Below are positions 20,503 through 31,712 of a stretch of DNA of 64,000 nucleotides, piece after piece. This DNA is from an uncultured Pelagibacteraceae bacterium (GTDB lineage Bacteria; Pseudomonadota; Alphaproteobacteria; Pelagibacterales; AG-422-B15). The first letter of the stretch is position 1; every line of letters starts with the position of its first letter. Under the pieces are notes generated by a model. That model was not told where the DNA came from. It ran no database searches and worked only from the letters and a program-made list of their open reading frames with translations. The position numbers and the translations under genes are program-made. The stretch spans positions 9,726 to 73,725 of the forward strand of contig CACIQL010000004.1 in the NCBI GenBank assembly GCA_902588785.1. The letters run 5' to 3'.

Positions 20503-21696
20503 TTTATTAAGAAAACCTCTCATACGAACGCATGCATTTTTTAAGTTTTCGTCTGAAGTTGCATAAGAAATTCTAAAATAGCCTTCCAGACCAAAAGCTG
20601 AACCTTGAACAACAGCAACTCCTGCATGCTCTAATAATGATGTCGTAAATTCTTCATCATTTGTAATTTTGTTATTCGACTCATCAACTTTACCAATTAC
20701 TCCTTTACATGATGGAAAAACATAAAATGCACCTTCAGGTACTCTACAAGTAATTCCATTCATACTAGTAAATTCATTGATTAGAAAATCACGTCTACCT
20801 TTAAATACTTTGGCTCTTTCGGCAATAAATGAATTATCTCCATTTAAGGCTTCAACTGCTGCAGCTTGACTGATAGATGTTGGATTGCTTGTTGATTGAG
20901 ACTGAAGCTTGCCCATGGCTTTAATTAAGCTGACATTTCCTCCCGCATAACCAATTCTCCAACCTGTCATAGCATATGCCTTACTGACTCCGTTCAATGT
21001 TAATATTCTTTCTTTAAGTTCTGGAGCAATGCTTGCAAAAGTATGAAATTCATTATCATCGTATATAAGATGTTCATATAAATCGTCTGTCATTATGTTC
21101 ACGTGTGGATATTTTTTCAAAACATTTGCAAGTTCTAAAAGTTCATTCTTTGTATAACAGGAACCTGTAGGATTTGAGGGTGAATTAAGAATAAACCATT
21201 TGGTTGATTGATTGATTGTGTTTTCAAGTTGTCGTGGGGTTATTTTAAATCCTGACTCTTCACCACATTGAACAAAAATAGGTTTTGCATTGAAATAATT
21301 AACGACGTCAGGGTAAGTTACCCAATAAGGAGCTGGAATAATTACTTCATCTGACTCATTTAAGGAGACAGCAAATGCATTAAAAATAATTTGTTTTCCT
21401 CCTGTACCAACAGAGATTTCATCAAGCTCGTAATCTAAGTTATTTTCTCTTTTAAATTTTGCTTTGATTGCTTTCTTCAGTTCTGGAGTTCCATCAACAG
21501 GGGTATATTTAGTATCTCCATCGTTTATCGCTTGAATGGCAGCATTTTTAATATTTTCTGGAGTATCAAAATCAGGTTCGCCCGCTCCTAGCCCTATAAT
21601 ATCCTTTCCAGCAGCCTTTAATTCACGAGCTTTTTGGGTCACTGCCATGGTGGCCGATGGCTTAATTCTTTTTATACTGTGTGATAGTTCTACCAC
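20494..21696 (-). CDS. Aspartate aminotransferase (class I/II PLP-dependent)
   Basis: GAGEPDF, NSPSNPTG, DDLYEH, NGVSKAYAMTGWRIGY and RISYA. Confidence 0.95.
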   Translation of the reverse strand: MVELSHSIKRIKPSATMAVTQKARELKAAGKDIIGLGAGEPDFDTPENIKNAAIQAINDGDTKYTPVDGTPELKKAIKAKFKRENNLDYELDEISVGTGGKQIIFNAFAVSLNESDEVIIPAPYWVTYPDVVNYFNAKPIFVQCGEESGFKITPRQLENTINQSTKWFILNSPSNPTGSCYTKNELLELANVLKKYPHVNIMTDDLYEHLIYDDNEFHTFASIAPELKERILTLNGVSKAYAMTGWRIGYAGGNVSLIKAMGKLQSQSTSNPTSISQAAAVEALNGDNSFIAERAKVFKGRRDFLINEFTSMNGITCRVPEGAFYVFPSCKGVIGKVDESNNKITNDEEFTTSLLEHAGVAVVQGSAFGLEGYFRISYATSDENLKNACVRMRGFLNKLR

Positions 21697-21787
21697 TGCT
21701 TATCCCCAGAATTTGTTATTTATACAATCAGCTATTATATTAAATTAGATTAATACACAATTTATATTCTAACTAATTAATAAATTA

Positions 21788-23842
21788 ATGCCAAATTCTG
21801 AAGTTCTTAAAGTCACATCTGAATACAAACCTGCTGGAGATCAGCCTCAAGCAATTGAAGAAATTGTTAAAAGCATTAAAGGCGATGAGATGGAACAAGT
21901 TTTGCTTGGAGTAACTGGATCAGGCAAAACATTCACGATGGCTAAAATTATAGAAAAACTTCAAAGGCCAACTCTAATACTTGCTCCAAATAAAACTTTA
22001 GCAGCTCAATTGTATGGTGAAATGAAGTCATTCTTTCCAGATAACGCCGTTGAATATTTTGTATCTTATTATGACTATTATATACCTGAAGCATACGTAC
22101 CGAGGTCAAATACTTACATAGAAAAAGAAGCATCGATAAATGAACAAATCGATCGAATGAGACACTCAGCAACTCAATCCTTACTTGAGAGAAAAGATGT
22201 TGTAATTGTTGCAAGTGTTTCATGTATTTATGGAATAGGTTCTGTTGAAACGTATAGATCAATGACTATTCGTTTAGAAAAAAATCAAAAGATTGGAAGA
22301 AATGAAATTATTCAAAAACTCATCACGCTTCAATATAACCGAAACGACACAGATTTTCATAGAGGCACATTTAGAGTGCGTGGCGACTTGATTGAGGTTT
22401 TTCCATCCCATTACGAAGACCGCGCGTGGAAATTATCGTTATTCGGAGATGATCTCGAGTCGATAAGTGAATTTGATCCATTGACTGGAAAAAAGACAGC
22501 TGAGTTAGAAACTATAAAAATTTATGCAAACAGTCACTACGTCACTCCAAGGCCAACACTTGATACTGCCATAAAACAAATACGAAAAGATTTAGAAGTA
22601 AGGATTCCTGAATTTAAAAAAGAAAATAAATTAATAGAGGCTCAACGAATAGAAGAAAGAACAAGGTTTGATTTAGAAATGATTGAGGCAACGGGTAGTT
22701 GTCCAGGCATTGAGAATTATTCAAGATATCTCTCTGGAAGAAATCCAGGCGAACCGCCTCCAACACTTTTTGAATACTTGCCTGACAATGCACTCCTTTT
22801 TGTTGATGAAAGTCATGTCACAGTTCCTCAATTAGAAGGTATGTATAAAGGTGACCGAAGCAGAAAAACAACACTGTCAGAATATGGCTTTAGATTACCA
22901 TCTTGTTTAGATAACAGACCATTAAAATTTGAGGAATGGGAAATGATGCGCCCTCAAAGTTTATTCATTTCTGCTACTCCAGGACCATGGGAAATGCAAA
23001 AAACTCAAGGGGTATTTACTGAACAAATAATAAGGCCAACAGGGTTGATTGATCCAGAGGTTGAAATAAGGCCTGCGAAAACTCAAGTTGAAGATTTAAT
23101 ATCAGAATGTAAAAAAATTATTGATCTTAAATACCGAGTATTAGTGACAACACTCACTAAACGCATGGCTGAGGACTTGTCAGAGTATATGCATGAAAAC
23201 GGAATAAAAGTAAAATATATGCATTCAGATATTGATACATTAGAGAGAATTGAAATTATCCGCGATCTCAGAAAGGGATTGTTTGACGTGTTAGTGGGTA
23301 TCAATTTACTTAGAGAAGGTTTGGATATACCTGAATGTGCTTTAGTCGCAATATTAGATGCTGATAAAGAAGGCTTCTTAAGATCGGAGAGGTCATTGGT
23401 ACAGACGATCGGTAGAGCAGCAAGGAATGTAGATGGAAGAGTAATACTGTATGCTGATAAAGAAACAGAAAGTATAAAAAAAGCAATAAGTGAGACTGAC
23501 AGAAGAAGAGATATACAAAAGAAATACAACAAAGAAAATAATATTACACCTGAAACTATTAAGAGGGATATTAGTGATATTCTTGAAAGTATTTATGAAA
23601 ATGATCGTGTAAATGTTGATTTGAAGAGTACAGAAAAACATCTCGTCGGAAATAATCTAAAAAAACATCTTGAGGAACTTAAGAAAAATATGATGGATTT
23701 TGCTGATGATCTCAATTTTGAAGAAGCTGCTAAGTTAAGAGATGAGATAAAAAGGCTTGAGAATAATGAATTAGAGTTACCATCCAATAGCAATATAGTT
23801 TATAAAAAAAATAAAAGGAAAAAAAGAAAGTACTTTACTTAA
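21788..23842 (+). CDS. uvrB: Excinuclease ABC subunit B
   Basis: [41 protein letters not shown] and a C-terminal UVR domain. Confidence 0.99.
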   Translation: MPNSEVLKVTSEYKPAGDQPQAIEEIVKSIKGDEMEQVLLGVTGSGKTFTMAKIIEKLQRPTLILAPNKTLAAQLYGEMKSFFPDNAVEYFVSYYDYYIPEAYVPRSNTYIEKEASINEQIDRMRHSATQSLLERKDVVIVASVSCIYGIGSVETYRSMTIRLEKNQKIGRNEIIQKLITLQYNRNDTDFHRGTFRVRGDLIEVFPSHYEDRAWKLSLFGDDLESISEFDPLTGKKTAELETIKIYANSHYVTPRPTLDTAIKQIRKDLEVRIPEFKKENKLIEAQRIEERTRFDLEMIEATGSCPGIENYSRYLSGRNPGEPPPTLFEYLPDNALLFVDESHVTVPQLEGMYKGDRSRKTTLSEYGFRLPSCLDNRPLKFEEWEMMRPQSLFISATPGPWEMQKTQGVFTEQIIRPTGLIDPEVEIRPAKTQVEDLISECKKIIDLKYRVLVTTLTKRMAEDLSEYMHENGIKVKYMHSDIDTLERIEIIRDLRKGLFDVLVGINLLREGLDIPECALVAILDADKEGFLRSERSLVQTIGRAARNVDGRVILYADKETESIKKAISETDRRRDIQKKYNKENNITPETIKRDISDILESIYENDRVNVDLKSTEKHLVGNNLKKHLEELKKNMMDFADDLNFEEAAKLRDEIKRLENNELELPSNSNIVYKKNKRKKRKYFT

Positions 23843-24777
23843 TGTTTATAGATTTCTGCATACTGTTAATAGGATTATCTCTTCTTTTATACAGTGCAGA
23901 TAAAATGATTGAGTCGGCTGACGCAATTGCTAAAAAGTTCAATTTATCCCCAGTATTAATAGGTTTAACAATTGTAGCGTTTGGTACATCGGCACCTGAA
24001 CTAGTTATAACTCTATTTGCTGCAACAAAGATCGTTCCAGCTACTGATGCTATTACCGGAAATATAATAGGATCTAATATTGCAAATATTTTATTAATTT
24101 TAGGAACCTCAGCATTTTTTTTCAAAATTAATCTAGATAAATTAGGTACTAAGGATATTATTTTTTTACTTCTAATATCTTTGTACTTCGCGCTCTTATT
24201 TTATATTAGCCAAACAGTCACTCTCATTCACACAATCGGCTATTTAGTTTTAACTTTGTTCTTTATCAATTTTCTTCGTAATTATAAATCCTCAGATCAA
24301 AATGAAGAACATAAAATTTTTGGAAGATACACTTATTTAATTTTACTGAGTGCCTTTATAGGCATTTTTATCGGTGGGAAAATTTTTTTAGACAGCTCAC
24401 TGAATATTTTTCAAACGTTAGGAGTTAACGAGGTACTAATAGGTATTTTTGTTCTGGCCATTGGAACATCCTTACCTGAATTGATAACTGTTATTATTTC
24501 TTACTTAAAAAAGAAGGGCTCTATAGGTATTGGTAATGTTATTGGTAGCAACATTATGAACATACTGTTTGTTTTCTTACCAGGGGTTATAATTGTTCAA
24601 CTTAGAGGGCTTGAATATTCTCTAAAAAATATAGATGTATTTCACATATATATTTTAATATTAGTAACTTTAATGATAGCTCTTATGGCAATTTTAAGAA
24701 TTCAAATGAGAAAAATACATTCTGCTTTTTTCTTGATTAGTTATTTTTTATATCTTGGGTATTCTTTTATATTATGA
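23842..24777 (+). CDS. Calcium/sodium antiporter (YrbG/CaCA family)
   Basis: Two alpha-repeats: GTSAPEL...GSNIAN and GTSLPEL...GSNIMN. Confidence 0.93.
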   Translation: MFIDFCILLIGLSLLLYSADKMIESADAIAKKFNLSPVLIGLTIVAFGTSAPELVITLFAATKIVPATDAITGNIIGSNIANILLILGTSAFFFKINLDKLGTKDIIFLLLISLYFALLFYISQTVTLIHTIGYLVLTLFFINFLRNYKSSDQNEEHKIFGRYTYLILLSAFIGIFIGGKIFLDSSLNIFQTLGVNEVLIGIFVLAIGTSLPELITVIISYLKKKGSIGIGNVIGSNIMNILFVFLPGVIIVQLRGLEYSLKNIDVFHIYILILVTLMIALMAILRIQMRKIHSAFFLISYFLYLGYSFIL

Positions 24778-25496
24778 AAAAAACAATATTAATTACAGGC
24801 GGTTCCCAAAGAATTGGTAGATCAATTGCACTATTTCTCAAAGATTCTAATTATAATTTTATAATACACTATAATAAGTCTACAAAAGCAGCCAGAGAGT
24901 TGAAAAATATTATTAATGGTCACGGGCGCGATTGCGAGATAGTGAAAACCGATTTGTCTAAAATATCTGATGTAAAAAATATAATTAAAAGAAGTAAAAA
25001 ATTTTTTGGACCAATATATGCAATTGTTAATAATGCCTCCTTATTCATCAATGATAATATAGAAAATTTAAATGATAAACTTTGGTATGATCATATGAAT
25101 ATAAACTTATATGCTCCTCTAATAATATCTAAAGAATTTAATAAACAACTTCCAAAAAAGAGCTTAGGGCATATTATAAATATATTGGATCAAAATGTAG
25201 TCAATCCAGATACATCGTTTTTTTCCTACTCCATTTCAAAATCTGCTTTACTATCTGCAACTACAATCATGGCCAAATCATTTGCTCCTAACATTAGGGT
25301 TAATGCAATTGGCCCAGGCCCGACACTTAAAAATATTCATCAATCAAAAAAACACTTTGATAAATCGATCAAAAATACTTTACTTAAAATAGGTTCACCG
25401 CCGGAGGAGATTGCCAGAACAGTTAAATTTCTTCTTGAATCAAAATCAATTACAGGTCAATTTATAGCTGTAGATGGTGGGGAACATTTATCATGA
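24774..25496 (+). CDS. SDR oxidoreductase (pteridine reductase/FolM-like)
   Basis: TGGSQRIG, NNAS, YSISK, RVNAIGPG; adjacent to folB. Confidence 0.85.
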   Translation: MKKTILITGGSQRIGRSIALFLKDSNYNFIIHYNKSTKAARELKNIINGHGRDCEIVKTDLSKISDVKNIIKRSKKFFGPIYAIVNNASLFINDNIENLNDKLWYDHMNINLYAPLIISKEFNKQLPKKSLGHIINILDQNVVNPDTSFFSYSISKSALLSATTIMAKSFAPNIRVNAIGPGPTLKNIHQSKKHFDKSIKNTLLKIGSPPEEIARTVKFLLESKSITGQFIAVDGGEHLS

Positions 25497-25921
25497 CAGC
25501 AAGGAATATACTTAAATTAAGCGAATTAAGGTCAGAAACAGACTTGATTAATCCAAATTCTGGATACGATTTAATATTTTTAAATGATTTTATGATCGAT
25601 GCAAACATCGGAGTATACAAACACGAGAAAACAAAGAGCCAACCACTCCGCATAAATATAATTGCTAAAGTTAAAAATCCGAAAAAAATAAATGATGATA
25701 AATTGTACAGTGTTGTTTGTTATAATCAGATTTCAAAAAAAATTAAAAAAATTATTAAATCTGGTCATACAATTTTACTAGAAAAACTTGCTGAAAAAAT
25801 ATTTCAGGAGTGCTTTAAAAACAAAAGAATTCAAACTATGAAGATAAGACTTGAAAAACTTGATGCAATTCAAGAAGCTGAAAGTGCAGGAATTGAAGTT
25901 GAACGCTCTCGTTCAAAATAA
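25493..25921 (+). CDS. folB: Dihydroneopterin aldolase
   Basis: IGVYKHEK...Q, CYNQI, LLEKLAE and EKLDA. Confidence 0.88.
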   Translation: MTARNILKLSELRSETDLINPNSGYDLIFLNDFMIDANIGVYKHEKTKSQPLRINIIAKVKNPKKINDDKLYSVVCYNQISKKIKKIIKSGHTILLEKLAEKIFQECFKNKRIQTMKIRLEKLDAIQEAESAGIEVERSRSK

Positions 25922-27753
25922 TGAATAATCTTGAGAATATTAAAGAAATAATTGACCAATCCCCCTCTTCGTCCGGTATTTATAAAATGCTTAATGAAAA
26001 AGAAGAGATTATGTATGTTGGTAAAGCAAAAAATCTCCAAAATAGACTTAAAAGCTATCTAAACACTAACAATCTCTCAAATCGAATCAGAAGGATGGTT
26101 AGTAGAATATCAAATATTGAAGTAATTATTACAGAGACAGAAAAAGAAGCTTTGTTGCTTGAGGCAAATTTAATAAAAAAACTTAAACCTCCTTTCAATA
26201 TACTTTTACGAGATGATAAATCATTTCCTTATATTTTTATTAATCATGAACAAGAATTTCCACAAATTTCAAAACATAGAGGAAAACAAAAATATAAGGG
26301 GAAATATTTTGGTCCGTTCGCAACAATTAATTCACTAAATTATACTCTAAAAATATTACAGAAAGTTTTTCTACTAAGGTCGTGTGATGATACTATTTTT
26401 CAAAATAGATCTAAACCATGTCTTCTTTATCAAATTGAAAGGTGCAGCGGTCCCTGTGTTGATTATACATTAAGTAAAAAAGAGTATTTACAAAGTGTTA
26501 AGAATGCTGAGCACTTTCTTTCAGGTCAACATAGCAATTTACAAGAGGAGTTATCTTCTAAAATGGATGAAGAAAGTAAAAGTCTTAATTATGAAAAAGC
26601 AGCTAGCTATAGAGATAAGATAGTTGCACTAACACAGATTCAAAGTCAGCAAAACATAAATCTTTACGATGTAAAAAATACTGACGTGATTTCAATTTCA
26701 AGAAAAGGCAATAAATCATGTGTTCAAGTATTTATTTATAGGTCAGGTCAAAATTGGGGAAATAGATCTTATTTTCCAAAACACAGCGATGAAGTAGAAA
26801 CTTATGAGATCCTAGAGCGTTTTATTGTTGATTTCTATACAAGATATTCCCCTCCAAAAAATGTATTGTTAAACTTACCTATAAAAAATTCTTCTCTTAT
26901 CGAAACATCTCTTAAATCCATTTATAATTACAAGACATCTTTTTTTGTCCCTAAAAAAGGAAAAAAATTAGATATAGTGAATTATGCGAGAAGAAACTCA
27001 GAACTAGCACTTAAAAATCACATTGCGCAGTCTCACTCTGACAAAGAGAATCTGAGCCAACTTTCAAAAGTACTCAATATAACTAAAAAAATAAAAAGAG
27101 TTGAAGCCTATGACAACAGTCATCTATCGGGCAAAAATGCAGTTGGTGCAATGATTGTTTACTCTGAAGAAGGGTTTGAAAAAAAATCATATAGAAAATT
27201 TAATATAGACTCATCAAAAGTAAAACTAGGTGATGATTACGGAATGATGAGACACGTCCTTGAGAGAAGATTTTCAAAAGAAGCAATCAAAAATTCTAAG
27301 AAATATGAAAAATTGCCTGATTTATTGGTTATAGATGGAGGTAAAGGCCACTACGATTTAGCTAAAGAAATCTTAGAAACTAAAGGTTTAAATGAAATTA
27401 AACTAATATCAATATTTAAGGGTGAGGGAAGAAAAGAGTCATTAGATCAAATAATATATAAAAACAAAAAAAACTTTATCGACAAAAATACTCCCTCCTT
27501 TTTCTTTATTCAGAGAATTAGAGATGAGTCACATCGCTACGCAATCGGGGCTCATAAAGCGAAAAGAAAGAGGGAAATGCATGCCTCAGAACTAGAACCG
27601 ATAGAGGGTTTAGGACGAAGCAGAAGAAAATTACTTTTGAATCATTTTGGATCAGTTAAAAATATTAAAAATGCCTCAGCTCAGGATATAATGAAAGTTA
27701 GAGGAATTAGTAAGTTGCTTTCAGAAAAAATATATGCATATTTTAATGGATAA
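25921..27753 (+). CDS. uvrC: Excinuclease ABC subunit C
   Basis: GIY-YIG (GIYKM...YVGKAKNL), DDKSFPY, EAYDNSH, IDGGKG, RDESHR and a C-terminal HhH. Confidence 0.99.
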   Translation: MNNLENIKEIIDQSPSSSGIYKMLNEKEEIMYVGKAKNLQNRLKSYLNTNNLSNRIRRMVSRISNIEVIITETEKEALLLEANLIKKLKPPFNILLRDDKSFPYIFINHEQEFPQISKHRGKQKYKGKYFGPFATINSLNYTLKILQKVFLLRSCDDTIFQNRSKPCLLYQIERCSGPCVDYTLSKKEYLQSVKNAEHFLSGQHSNLQEELSSKMDEESKSLNYEKAASYRDKIVALTQIQSQQNINLYDVKNTDVISISRKGNKSCVQVFIYRSGQNWGNRSYFPKHSDEVETYEILERFIVDFYTRYSPPKNVLLNLPIKNSSLIETSLKSIYNYKTSFFVPKKGKKLDIVNYARRNSELALKNHIAQSHSDKENLSQLSKVLNITKKIKRVEAYDNSHLSGKNAVGAMIVYSEEGFEKKSYRKFNIDSSKVKLGDDYGMMRHVLERRFSKEAIKNSKKYEKLPDLLVIDGGKGHYDLAKEILETKGLNEIKLISIFKGEGRKESLDQIIYKNKKNFIDKNTPSFFFIQRIRDESHRYAIGAHKAKRKREMHASELEPIEGLGRSRRKLLLNHFGSVKNIKNASAQDIMKVRGISKLLSEKIYAYFNG

Positions 27754-28295
27754 TGTCTAAGTTACCAAATTTTCTCACTCTACTTAGAATTTTTTTATTA
27801 CCATTATTAATATATTTAATCATAGATAGTGATAGCTCATTTAATTTGGCAATTCTTATTTTGTTTATTGTTATTGCATTGTCAGATTATTTTGATGGGA
27901 TAATTGCAAGAAAAACTAATAGTACATCTGAATTTGGTAAAATGTTAGATCCTATTGCAGATAAGTTATTTGTCGTACTGTTAATAATTACATTTATCTA
28001 TAATGACTATATCAATGAGATTAATTTAATTCCAGCCTACTTAATAATATTTAGAGAAATTTTTATCTCTGGTCTAAGAGAGTATGCATCTAATTTACCA
28101 GAAGTAAAAAAAATAGATGTTTCTATATTAGGGAAATATAAAACTGCTTTTCAAATTTTGAGTTTATTTTTGATCTTAATAGGAAGCATCTACATAGATT
28201 TGAAGCCTTTATTAAACATAGGTATCTATCTGTTCTGGCTGTCAACTATAATCACGCTGATCAGCGCTTATCAATATTACAAAAGTATATTTTAA
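27753..28295 (+). CDS. pgsA: CDP-diacylglycerol--glycerol-3-phosphate 3-phosphatidyltransferase
   Basis: LPNFLTLLR, DYFDGIIAR...GKMLDPIADK; follows uvrC. Confidence 0.96.
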   Translation: MSKLPNFLTLLRIFLLPLLIYLIIDSDSSFNLAILILFIVIALSDYFDGIIARKTNSTSEFGKMLDPIADKLFVVLLIITFIYNDYINEINLIPAYLIIFREIFISGLREYASNLPEVKKIDVSILGKYKTAFQILSLFLILIGSIYIDLKPLLNIGIYLFWLSTIITLISAYQYYKSIF

Positions 28296-28296
28296 G

Positions 28297-29178
28297 TTAA
28301 GATCTCACGATTTCGTGATAATCCTGCATAAACTTAAAATTTTGGGTATTGTCTCCAGTATTGAATTTAATATCGTCAATAGACTGAATTGGAGTAATCT
28401 CTGCCGCGGTACCTGTTAGAAAGGCCTCATCAAAATTACTAATATCTTCTGGCTTTATATGACGCTCAGTAATATTAAAGCCTTGCTCTTTAACCATTTC
28501 AATAACAGTTTGCCTAGTTATACCATTAAGAAAACAATCAGGAATTGGAGTATGAATTTCTTTTCCTTTAATAAAGAAAATATTTGCTCCAGTACCTTCA
28601 GCAACATAGCCCCTATAGTCCAACATTAGGGCATCATGGTATCCTTTTTCCTCCGCAAATTCTTTTGACATTGTACAAATAACGTAAGGACCAGATGCCT
28701 TTGCTTCGCATGGTGCCGTATCAGGTGATGGCCGTTTCCATGGTGAAGTTATTAATCGTAGGCCAGCTTTTCGATCCTCGATTTTAAAATATGATGCCCA
28801 ATCGTTCCACACTGCAATTGCAACATTAATATCAGATTTAGCAGTTGAAATTCCCATTTGCTGAGATCCTCTCCATGCAATTGGCCTAACATAACAATCT
28901 TCAAAATTCATTTTTTTAATGAGTTCATCTTTGGCCTCATTAATTTGGGACTGACTATAAGGAATTTTTATGCCTACAATTTCCGCTGATCTAAATAGCC
29001 TTTTCGTGTGTTCTTCAGATTTAAAAATCTTCCCTTTATAGGCTCTTTCCCCTTCAAACACAGCACTAGCATAGTGAAGACCCTGAGTAATAATATGACA
29101 TTTTGCATCATTCCATTTGATAAACTCTCCGTTCATCCAAATAAAACCCTCTCGATTATCAAATGGTGCTATTTCCAT
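28297..29178 (-). CDS. ilvE: Branched-chain amino acid aminotransferase
   Basis: LHYASAVFEGER, YVRP, AKASG, EGTGANIF, LNGITR and TGTAAE. Confidence 0.96.
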   Translation of the reverse strand: MEIAPFDNREGFIWMNGEFIKWNDAKCHIITQGLHYASAVFEGERAYKGKIFKSEEHTKRLFRSAEIVGIKIPYSQSQINEAKDELIKKMNFEDCYVRPIAWRGSQQMGISTAKSDINVAIAVWNDWASYFKIEDRKAGLRLITSPWKRPSPDTAPCEAKASGPYVICTMSKEFAEEKGYHDALMLDYRGYVAEGTGANIFFIKGKEIHTPIPDCFLNGITRQTVIEMVKEQGFNITERHIKPEDISNFDEAFLTGTAAEITPIQSIDDIKFNTGDNTQNFKFMQDYHEIVRS

Positions 29179-29223
29179 GTAAATTACTCTAATAAATTAA
29201 AAGTTTAATAACAGATAAATGGC

Positions 29224-29730
29224 TTGATTAATATATATTTTTCAGATTATTATGTCATAGTGGCTGACTTAAATACAATATCAAATAAATCTGCATCTCT
29301 ACTTTATCTGCGTGAAGATAGAATCAAAAATTCATTAAATAGTTTTTTTGAAGCTGCAAAAATTCTGGAAAAAGAAATTTTAGCAAGCCTTGATGATAAA
29401 AAATTGGGCATAGCCGATATTAGATGTCTTTTGATAATTAATATTAAGCCTGGAATAACATTTAATGAACTACTGAAGAAATTGGATATAAGGAAACAAA
29501 GCCTTAATCGTGTACTCAGAGTTCTAATCAAAGAGAACTTAATTATTCAAAAAATAAACAATGATGATGCAAGAAAAAAAAATTTGTTTATGACAGATAA
29601 TGCAAACAAGGCTTTAAACGAGGCAATAAAACCCATTATCAATTCACTTTCAAAAGCCTATGTTAAGTCTGGGGCTGGTTCAGTGCAAGGATTTAATCAA
29701 GTAATAAGCTCATTTATAGAGGAACATTGA
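29224..29730 (+). CDS. MarR family transcriptional regulator (PetP-like)
   Basis: wHTH PGITFNELLKKLDIRKQSLNRVLRVL...DARKK; position between ilvE and the OmpR-type regulator. Confidence 0.85.
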   Translation: MINIYFSDYYVIVADLNTISNKSASLLYLREDRIKNSLNSFFEAAKILEKEILASLDDKKLGIADIRCLLIINIKPGITFNELLKKLDIRKQSLNRVLRVLIKENLIIQKINNDDARKKNLFMTDNANKALNEAIKPIINSLSKAYVKSGAGSVQGFNQVISSFIEEH

Positions 29731-30407
29731 TGAGTGAAAATAATCTACATATTCTTTTAGTTGATGATGATGATAAGATTAGAGAATTATTAAAGACATT
29801 TTTAGTTGATAATAAGTACCTTGTATCAACAGCAAGTAATGCCACTGAAGCAAAAGAGATACTAAAATATATTACATTTGATTTACTTGTTATTGACATA
29901 ATGATGCCAGGACAAAATGGTTATGAATTAACAAAAGAAATTCGTGAAAAATCCCTAATACCTATAATCCATTTAACTGCAATGGGAGAGACTGAAGACA
30001 GGGTCCATGGATTAGAAATTGGAGCAGATGATTATTTGGGAAAACCTTTTGAACCAAAAGAATTACTTTTACGCATAAATAATATCTTAAATAAAACTTC
30101 TATAAAAAAAGAAACTAAACAAATTCAACTTGATAATATTATAGTTGATTTAAAAAGTGGCGTGATCAAAGGAAAATCAACTGAACTGTCTCTTAATGAG
30201 AACGAATTAAAAATATTGCGAATTTTATCAAAATTTCCTGGTAAGTCATTTTCAAGAGAGGAGCTAATTACATCACTTAATTTTAATCAAGAAAGAACAC
30301 TAGACGTATGTATAAATAGACTAAGAAAAAAAATTGAAAAAGACCCGAAGATTCCAAAATTTCTTAAAACTAAAAGAGGTTCTGGTTATGAGCTATGGAT
30401 TGACTAA
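29727..30407 (+). CDS. OmpR-family response regulator (PetR-like)
   Basis: LVDDD, IDIMMPG, GADDYLGKPF and the wHTH DVCINRLRKKIE...RGSGY. Confidence 0.95.
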   Translation: MMSENNLHILLVDDDDKIRELLKTFLVDNKYLVSTASNATEAKEILKYITFDLLVIDIMMPGQNGYELTKEIREKSLIPIIHLTAMGETEDRVHGLEIGADDYLGKPFEPKELLLRINNILNKTSIKKETKQIQLDNIIVDLKSGVIKGKSTELSLNENELKILRILSKFPGKSFSREELITSLNFNQERTLDVCINRLRKKIEKDPKIPKFLKTKRGSGYELWID

Positions 30408-31712
30408 ATGATTAAAAAAATTCTACCAACGAGTCTTTTAGGAAGAACAGTGTTAATTGTTCTATTCCCAATAATTATGTTTCAATTAATAATTCTATCA
30501 TATTACTATAATAGCTTGTGGGAACGCACCCTCAACCGCCTATCAAGATCTGTTGCTATGGAAATAGAATTAATTTCTGACAGAATGCTCTCTAGTGAAA
30601 TCAGGTTAGATCAGTATCAAGCCAAGAGTCAATTTGGTGATTACTTTCTAATGAATATCCAAGAATTGAGCAAATATGATTTGAACCAATTAAATACCAA
30701 ACAAAACGATAATCAAGTACTTGTCAGTTTAAAAAATGAATTGAGCACCAGAATTAAACATAAATTTTTTGTCATTGAACAAGATAACGAAACAGTCGAT
30801 GTTATGATAAGCGCTTCAGAAAAAGTAATACATTTTAACTTCCCAATTCATCGTATTACAACCTCAAGAAACCATATATTTTTAGGGTGGCAGATTATTT
30901 CATCATTTGTCCTTATTTTGATAGCGTATTTATTTTTGAAAAATCAAGTTAAACCAATTTCGAATTTGGCTAAGGCAGCAGAACAATTTGGCAAAGGGCA
31001 AGAAGTAAATAATTTTAAAGTATCAGGTGCTCTAGAAGTAAGACAGGCAAGTTTGGAATTTTTAAAAATGAAAAATCGAATATCAAGACAAATTGAACAA
31101 CGATCTCTTATGTTAGCAGGAGTGAGTCATGACTTAAAAACTCCTCTCACAAGAATGAAGTTACTTCTTGAGTCAATAAAAGATAATAAAATTAAAAATG
31201 AACTTAATTTAGAAATAAATCAGATGAATGAGATGCTAGTAGAATATTTAGATTTTGCAGCTATAAATGAGTCAAGAGATAAATCTACAATTAATCCTAT
31301 TGAGGCAATAATAAATATTAAGAATGATATACATTTTACAAAACATGAAATTAATCTTGAAATCATTAATGATGAAGAAGTTTTTGTAAATGAGAATATT
31401 TTTTCTCGTTCAATTACAAATGTATTAAATAATGCGATTGTACATTCAAATAAAATAATAATTAAAGCAGATATAAACAAAAACCTAATTAAAATAAACA
31501 TTCATGACAATGGAATTGGTATTCCTGATAGAGAAAAAAATAATGTATTTAAACCTTTCTATAGAGTAGACCAAAGTAGAAATCAGAATGTCTCAAACTC
31601 TGGATTAGGTCTAGCTACTACTAAATCCTTATTGAATTCAATAAATGGAAAAATATCACTGCACGACAGTTATTTAGGAGGTCTAGAGGTTGCGATCGAA
31701 ATACCAAACTAA
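30408..31712 (+). CDS. EnvZ-like sensor histidine kinase
   Basis: Two TM segments, HAMP, SHDLKTPLTRM H-box, DNGIGI and SGLGL. Confidence 0.95.
   Translation: MIKKILPTSLLGRTVLIVLFPIIMFQLIILSYYYNSLWERTLNRLSRSVAMEIELISDRMLSSEIRLDQYQAKSQFGDYFLMNIQELSKYDLNQLNTKQNDNQVLVSLKNELSTRIKHKFFVIEQDNETVDVMISASEKVIHFNFPIHRITTSRNHIFLGWQIISSFVLILIAYLFLKNQVKPISNLAKAAEQFGKGQEVNNFKVSGALEVRQASLEFLKMKNRISRQIEQRSLMLAGVSHDLKTPLTRMKLLLESIKDNKIKNELNLEINQMNEMLVEYLDFAAINESRDKSTINPIEAIINIKNDIHFTKHEINLEIINDEEVFVNENIFSRSITNVLNNAIVHSNKIIIKADINKNLIKINIHDNGIGIPDREKNNVFKPFYRVDQSRNQNVSNSGLGLATTKSLLNSINGKISLHDSYLGGLEVAIEIPN

Noticed and set aside
21697-21787. Degenerate DnaA-like boxes or an SOS box upstream of uvrB
   Set aside because: Only mismatched 9-mers (e.g. 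TTATCCCCA) in AT-rich DNA, and no GTTC-N7-GTTC LexA site.
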